From a bacterium (GTDB taxonomy: Bacteria; Patescibacteriota; Patescibacteriia; JAACEG01; JAGUWE01), in NCBI GenBank assembly GCA_043798995.1, contig JAZDOD010000010.1, positions 845 through 64,844 on the forward strand: DNA of 64,000 nt. The letters run 5' to 3'. The position numbers were made by a program, and so were the translations under genes. The notes beneath the pieces were generated by a model. That model saw nothing but the letters and a program-made list of their open reading frames with translations. It was not told where the DNA came from and did no database searches. This document shows, in pieces, positions 59,069 through 64,000 of this stretch; the stretch's first letter is position 1; every line of letters begins with the position of its first letter.

Positions 59069-60817
59069 ATGAATTTTAAAAATAATTTTATTCAAAAACA
59101 TCAAGAGATTATTTTTTTAATTGGTTTACTGTTAATCGCTTCTTTTTTGAGGTTTTATCAAATAGAACGGGCTGATATGATAAATGATGCTTCAACTTAT
59201 GCTTTTCGTTCAATCGGTTATACTGATATTTTGATGAGCGACATTCAGACTACGCCGCTAAAATGGTTTGGTTATATGCCGTCTTGGAGCAAGTTTTCTT
59301 TTCACGATGCGCCGCCTTTGGTATTTTTAATTCAACATTTATTTTTTAAAGTTTTGGGAGTTAATTTATTGGTGGCGCGGCTGCCTTTTGCAATTTTTGG
59401 CATTTTAACGGTTTTGGTTTTTTATTTTTTTGTCAAAGAACTTTACCCCGTAAGACCTTCGGTCTCTTACGGGGTTTACGGCCGAAAACCGGCTTTTTTG
59501 GCCTCATTGTTTTTAGCAGTTGATGCTTATCATACTTTATCCAGCCAGTCGGGACTGCTTGAGCCTATTTTATTGTTTTTTGTCATTCTTAGTTTATGGT
59601 TTTTAAAAAAAGGTTTGGCCGATTCAAAATATCTTATTTTGGCCGCTTTATTCCTTGGTTTGAGTTTGCTTTGCAAATACTTAGCCTTGTTTTTATTATT
59701 AGCTTTTTTCTTAATTTTTATTTTTGATAAAAATTTTAAAAAATTTTTGAGTGACTGGAAATTTTATACGGCAGTTTTAGTTTTTCTCGTGGTGATTTCT
59801 CCTTTGGTTATTTATAACGTTGAAATGTATCAAGCACGAGGGCACCTTGATATGCAACTGGCTCTCCTGTTTGGTCAAAAACAACAGGACTGGACTTCAA
59901 TCAGCAGCCGCCAAGTCGGCGTGAATATAAGCCAAAATTTTTTTACTTTTTTCGCGGCAGTTAAAAATTCATCTATTGCGGTTTACTGGTTGTTTTTAAT
60001 CAGTTTATTTTATCTTCTGGTAAAAATAATTTTTTATCGGCAAAAACGACATTTTTTTATCGGTCTCGTTTTATCGTCTTTATTTATCTTTTTTAGTTTA
60101 GTTGGCGCCGGCGCTCGCTATTTGGCAATTTTGTCTCCCTTTGTTTTTTTAGTTATCGCTATTTTTTTAATAGATTTGACGGCAGAGTTTAAAAAATTAA
60201 AATATTATGTATTCGGTTTGATTGGAATTCTAATTATTTATCTCGCTGTTTTTAATCTTAACAGCAACCAGTTTATGCCGTTTGGCAAAGCTGATTTGAC
60301 TTATTCTTCTTATCGCGAAGATAACTGGGGGTATAATCAGTTAGAAAAATATTGGACAGCCAAATATACGGGAATTTATCAACTTAAGCCGGCGAAAATT
60401 AAAAAAATAGATGATACCGAATTGGGTAAAAATATGGAACAGATCACGGAGTTAGTCAGGGATAATTTATTAGTTTATGACAGCAGAATGAATTGGTTTG
60501 CCAAAGAGTGGTATATTTATCGCTGGATTGTTTACTGGCGTGTTCCTTTTGTTTCAACCGATGAATTTACGGATTTAGCCTCTCAGGAAGGAGGAATTGA
60601 ATTTCTTAATTCTTTAGGCAGCAAGAATTTAATTTTTATCAAAGCGACTGAAAAATCATTTTTAGATCCGGCCGAAAGCAATGTTTCTCAAAGCGCTGAA
60701 TTTATGGAGCATCGGCTTTTAGAGCAAAAATTTAAACCATTAGATATTATTTATAATCCAAAAGGCGAAGAAGCTTTTCGGGTTTACAAAATCCAGCAGT
60801 TGATTAAGAAGCAGTAA
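59069..60817 (+). CDS. ArnT/PMT-like GT-C membrane glycosyltransferase
   Basis: LRFYQI..ND, HDAPPL, ARLP, LLEP, LGLSLLCKY; many TMs. Confidence 0.82.
   Translation: MNFKNNFIQKHQEIIFLIGLLLIASFLRFYQIERADMINDASTYAFRSIGYTDILMSDIQTTPLKWFGYMPSWSKFSFHDAPPLVFLIQHLFFKVLGVNLLVARLPFAIFGILTVLVFYFFVKELYPVRPSVSYGVYGRKPAFLASLFLAVDAYHTLSSQSGLLEPILLFFVILSLWFLKKGLADSKYLILAALFLGLSLLCKYLALFLLLAFFLIFIFDKNFKKFLSDWKFYTAVLVFLVVISPLVIYNVEMYQARGHLDMQLALLFGQKQQDWTSISSRQVGVNISQNFFTFFAAVKNSSIAVYWLFLISLFYLLVKIIFYRQKRHFFIGLVLSSLFIFFSLVGAGARYLAILSPFVFLVIAIFLIDLTAEFKKLKYYVFGLIGILIIYLAVFNLNSNQFMPFGKADLTYSSYREDNWGYNQLEKYWTAKYTGIYQLKPAKIKKIDDTELGKNMEQITELVRDNLLVYDSRMNWFAKEWYIYRWIVYWRVPFVSTDEFTDLASQEGGIEFLNSLGSKNLIFIKATEKSFLDPAESNVSQSAEFMEHRLLEQKFKPLDIIYNPKGEEAFRVYKIQQLIKKQ
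59442..59479. repeat. TTTAC-flanked hairpin mini-element inserted in frame
   Basis: TTTAC CCCGTAAGA-ccttcggtc-TCTTACGGGG TTTAC; net 33 nt. Confidence 0.75.
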
Positions 60818-60828
60818 GTTAGAAATTA

Positions 60829-60939
60829 AAATCCCCTTTATTAAGGGGGATTAAGGGGGATTTATTTCCCCTCTTTAATAAAGAGGGGTTAGGGGAGATT
60901 TAGAAATCCTCCCCAACCCTCCTTTTTAAAAGGAGGGAA
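60829..60939. repeat. Gene-less DUF559-type poly-hairpin repeat cluster
   Basis: CCCCTCTTTAATAAAGAGGGG..AGGGGAGATTT..AAATCCTCCCCAACCCTCCTTTTTAAAAGGAGGG. Confidence 0.75.
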
Positions 60940-60963
60940 TATACTTATATCTTTTATCTTTTT

Positions 60964-62121
60964 ATGAAAATTTTAATGCTTTCAATTGACAAAGGATTAT
61001 TGGGCAAGGGACAATTAGGCGACGTGGTTGAGCGCCATGAGCGATATGGTAAATCGGCAGATCGTTTGGATATTATTGTTTTTTGTAAAAAGGGTTTTTC
61101 CGAGAATAGAATTTCTGACAATGTTAGTGCTTGGCCAACAAATTCAAAGAACAAGTGTTGGTATTTTTTTGATGGCTTTAAAGTAGGAAGAGCATTATTT
61201 TCTAAAAATAATTATGATTTAATAGTCACTCAAGAGCCGTTTGTTACGGGCTTAGTTGGTTATATGTTGAAGAGAAAATTTGGCGCCAAGTTACTCGTTC
61301 ACTTTCACGGAGATTTCTTCAGTCCTAAATGGTTGGCAGAAAGCCCCAGGAACAAGTTGTTTTTGATATTGGGGAAATTTTTGGCCCGTCGGGCTGATGC
61401 TATCCGTTCGGTTAGTTCTGGCATCAAAGAGAGTCTTGTCAAAAAAGTTGGAATCAAAGAAACTAAAATTCGCGTCATTTCTACGCCGGTTAGCTTAGAG
61501 CGTTTTGAAGAAGTAGATGAAAAGATAGTTTTAGATTTCAAAACCAACTTTCTCAAAGGCCATCCAACCATCTTGCACGTTGGCCGGGAAGACCCGGCTA
61601 AAGATTTTGAAACTTTGACTAAAACTTTTGCTTTGGTTTTAGAAAAAAAGCCCGAAGTTCGCCTTTTGCAATTGGGCCGGCTTAATCAAAATATAAAATT
61701 TTCCGAGATCAAAGAAAAACTTAAATTATTTGATTCAACCAAAGAGCCATTAGCTGGGCCAAAATTAGCTATAACTGATTTACCGATCATTTATAGCGCG
61801 GTTGATTTATTGGTATCAAGTTCAACTCATGAAAGTTTTGGTAAAGTTTTGGTTGAAGCTAACGCCGCCGGCAGGCCGGTGGTAGCCACGGCCACCACCG
61901 GTGCCAAAGATATTGTCAAAGATGGCTATAATGGTTTTTTAGTGCCGATTGGCGATGCGGAGGCGCTGGCTCAAAAAATTTTATATTTGCTGGATAATCC
62001 CGAGGAAGCTAAAAAAATAGGGGAGAACGGCAGAAAGTTAGTTTGGAAAAACTTTAGCGGTCAAGCTAATACGCAAAAAATCATCAATTTTTGGCAGGAT
62101 ATTTCGGCCGGTAAATTATGA
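60964..62121 (+). CDS. Glycosyltransferase family 4
   Basis: VHFHGD, ESFGKVLVEANAAG, DGYNGFLVP. Confidence 0.9.
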   Translation: MKILMLSIDKGLLGKGQLGDVVERHERYGKSADRLDIIVFCKKGFSENRISDNVSAWPTNSKNKCWYFFDGFKVGRALFSKNNYDLIVTQEPFVTGLVGYMLKRKFGAKLLVHFHGDFFSPKWLAESPRNKLFLILGKFLARRADAIRSVSSGIKESLVKKVGIKETKIRVISTPVSLERFEEVDEKIVLDFKTNFLKGHPTILHVGREDPAKDFETLTKTFALVLEKKPEVRLLQLGRLNQNIKFSEIKEKLKLFDSTKEPLAGPKLAITDLPIIYSAVDLLVSSSTHESFGKVLVEANAAGRPVVATATTGAKDIVKDGYNGFLVPIGDAEALAQKILYLLDNPEEAKKIGENGRKLVWKNFSGQANTQKIINFWQDISAGKL

Positions 62122-62199
62122 TTGACAAATAAAATCTTTTATTATAAGCTATATAAAATTTTGTTCATTGAATTTTAGAAAATAAAAAAGGAGGGAAAA

Positions 62200-62415
62200 A
62201 TGGGAGAGAAGGGAAAACCCAAGCAAATTTTTGAAAGGTTCATTGGCAAACTGCATCCTTATTCATATTCTCGGATACGATTGATTACGCTCATAATATT
62301 ATCAACGCTCTTAGTTATAACTTTCATTGAAGGCCCTACACCATCACCTATTAGAATCATTGCCTTGTTTTTAGCACTTATTGTTTTATTTTTTATAGGA
62401 GCAGCTGTGCCTTAA
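62200..62415 (+). CDS. Small two-TM hypothetical protein
   Basis: Strong SD AGGAGG; upstream TTGACA at 62122. Confidence 0.6.
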   Translation: MGEKGKPKQIFERFIGKLHPYSYSRIRLITLIILSTLLVITFIEGPTPSPIRIIALFLALIVLFFIGAAVP

Positions 62416-62443
62416 AAATTTAAAAAGGAGGTCATAGGATGAT

Positions 62444-62764
62444 GTGTGGCAAGTTTTAAAGAAAAAAATTATTAAACGGAAGAGAAAACTATTAAAGTTT
62501 GTCAGGGAAACAAAATTACTTTGTCAGAGGGCAGAAAGGGGGGAGTTTGATAACGCAGAAGATTTATTAAGAGAATATTTTAAAATCTGGCCCTTACTTG
62601 GACATCATCTAAAAGAGAAAACAATTAAGAGAAAGATCAAACGCTTTATAATACCCTCTTATGATGACCTTAATTATACTATTAAGTTAATTGAAGACGC
62701 GGTTGTTTCAAACATAATACGCGGCCGCTTAAAAGAGATTAACTGGTTGCTAAAAAACCTTTAA
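62444..62764 (+). CDS. Small basic hypothetical protein
   Basis: SD AGGAGGT, GTG start, followed by a terminator. Confidence 0.5.
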   Translation: MWQVLKKKIIKRKRKLLKFVRETKLLCQRAERGEFDNAEDLLREYFKIWPLLGHHLKEKTIKRKIKRFIIPSYDDLNYTIKLIEDAVVSNIIRGRLKEINWLLKNL

Positions 62765-62776
62765 AAAATTCAAGAC

Positions 62777-62801
62777 AAAGGGCTCAAAAACGAGCCCTTT
62801 T
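62777..62801 (+). terminator. Intrinsic terminator
   Basis: AAAGGGCTC-aaaaac-GAGCCCTTTT. Confidence 0.75.
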
Positions 62802-62898
62802 ATTTTTAATCAGACCTTTACTTTTTAGCTCGTTTGGGTAAAATAAAGGTAGGAAAACTCTTTTTTTATTTATAGTGAAATTGACAAAAAGCTAATTT

Positions 62899-64000
62899 AT
62901 GCCTAAAATAAGAGAAGTTTTTAAATATTTCAAAAAACCAACTTTTCATCTGGGTTTTTTAATTATTTTACTTGGTTTTGTTTTTTTAAACACCAGAATT
63001 ACCCAAATGGATGACGGCTTTTTGTATCAAAAGTTTGCCGAAACTTTGGTTAAAGAGCATCGGCTGGATATGTCCATTCCGGGTTTTCATGGCCCCTCGC
63101 TTTTTGCCGCCTTAATTTATTGGCTGACCGGTTCAAGTTATTCAATCAATTATTTTGAAATTATTGCCGCTCTTTTGATAATCGTTTTTATTTATTTAGC
63201 CGTAAGGGAAATATTTCAATCGCAGTTGGCAGGCATTATGGCAAGTTATCTTTATGTACTAATGCCACTTCACTATTTTACGGCTTTCCGCGGTTTTATC
63301 TGGGCCAGTTTTCTTTTTTTTGTCGTTCTGACGCTTTATTTATTGTATAAAAAGCCGCAATTTTCTTTTTTGTCTCTGGGACTGGCCTTAATTACCAAAC
63401 CTTTTGCCATTTGTCTTTTGCCTTTTTTTATTTATAAAAGAAAAGTTAAGCAGTTTTTTCTGGCTTTAATTTTTCCTATTCTTTATTTGGCAATCCAGCT
63501 TAGCCAGATCCAGCGGGTTATTATCGGCGCTCATCAAGATTTGACTGCCGGCGGACTTTTTAATCCAAGCCGACTTATTCCTAATTTATTTTACGCTTTC
63601 CAGAATTATTTCAGCATTCATAATTATTCGCCGCTCCAGCCGCTTCACTTTATGGATATGATTCATCTTTCGCCCTTTATTTCCTTTCTGGCGCTTTTGG
63701 CTATTTTTTATCCTCGTAAATATTTTCACGATTTAAAATTATATTATACCTTAATAGCTTTTGCTTTTTTTTCTTTGATAATTCCGGCCAGTTTTCATCA
63801 TTTGGATATGTATTACCTGACTACTTTTAATCTGGCTTTGATTTTTTTAGCCCTTTTGCCTTTAGTTGAATATGAAAAATTGTGGCCGCTGATAGCGGTT
63901 AGTTTTGCCTTTCAGTTTTTTTACGCTTATCTAAGTTACAAAGAGGCCTTTTGGGACTCTTATATAATTTTTCTTATTCCTTTAGTAATATTTTTTATTA
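62899..64000 (+). CDS. Multi-TM GT-C-like protein, truncated by window end (absent from the ORF track)
   Basis: Manual translation MPKIREVF..TQMDDGFLY..PGFHGPS..LITKPF; frame appears open to the end. Confidence 0.7.
   Translation, partial: MPKIREVFKYFKKPTFHLGFLIILLGFVFLNTRITQMDDGFLYQKFAETLVKEHRLDMSIPGFHGPSLFAALIYWLTGSSYSINYFEIIAALLIIVFIYLAVREIFQSQLAGIMASYLYVLMPLHYFTAFRGFIWASFLFFVVLTLYLLYKKPQFSFLSLGLALITKPFAICLLPFFIYKRKVKQFFLALIFPILYLAIQLSQIQRVIIGAHQDLTAGGLFNPSRLIPNLFYAFQNYFSIHNYSPLQPLHFMDMIHLSPFISFLALLAIFYPRKYFHDLKLYYTLIAFAFFSLIIPASFHHLDMYYLTTFNLALIFLALLPLVEYEKLWPLIAVSFAFQFFYAYLSYKEAFWDSYIIFLIPLVIFFI

Overview
A 64-kb bacterial chromosome segment that reads in the standard code (TGA used as stop). 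Gene content suggests Patescibacteria/CPR, Parcubacteria-like; this is inferred from VirB2-like pilin fusions, giant Cys-rich surface proteins, DUF5667/DUF5656-like genes and mostly SD-less starts. All family names are from motif recognition, not database searches. 1-33.5 kb: a type IV pilus locus (pilM, N, O, B, C, major pilin, pilD, minor pilins, pilX-like) interrupted by two giant and one 727-aa surface-protein genes, a fused MNT-HEPN gene and six small insert genes. 34-45 kb: ligA, gatC, gatA, an HtrA-like pseudoprotease, tsaD, an HTH regulator with three operator palindromes, and an ECF sigma/anti-sigma pair. 45-64 kb: an S-layer-like gene and a surface-glycan cluster containing a DUF4430/DUF6580 pair. 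The most unusual signal is a set of transposase-free micro-elements in which each small gene family sits in its own repeat family and gene-less copies occur elsewhere. (i) Four four-helix-bundle genes lie between inverted 7- or 9-nt periodic arms, and an empty copy occurs at 15592-15721. (ii) A GIY-YIG gene fills the spacer of a GTCAT...ATGAC unit that is followed by two empty units. (iii) A DUF559 gene lies between direct poly-hairpin repeats. Small 16-42 nt hairpin modules are nested inside all three families, and several repeats are inserted in frame inside protein-coding genes. No rRNA, tRNA, CRISPR array, reverse transcriptase or transposase was seen.
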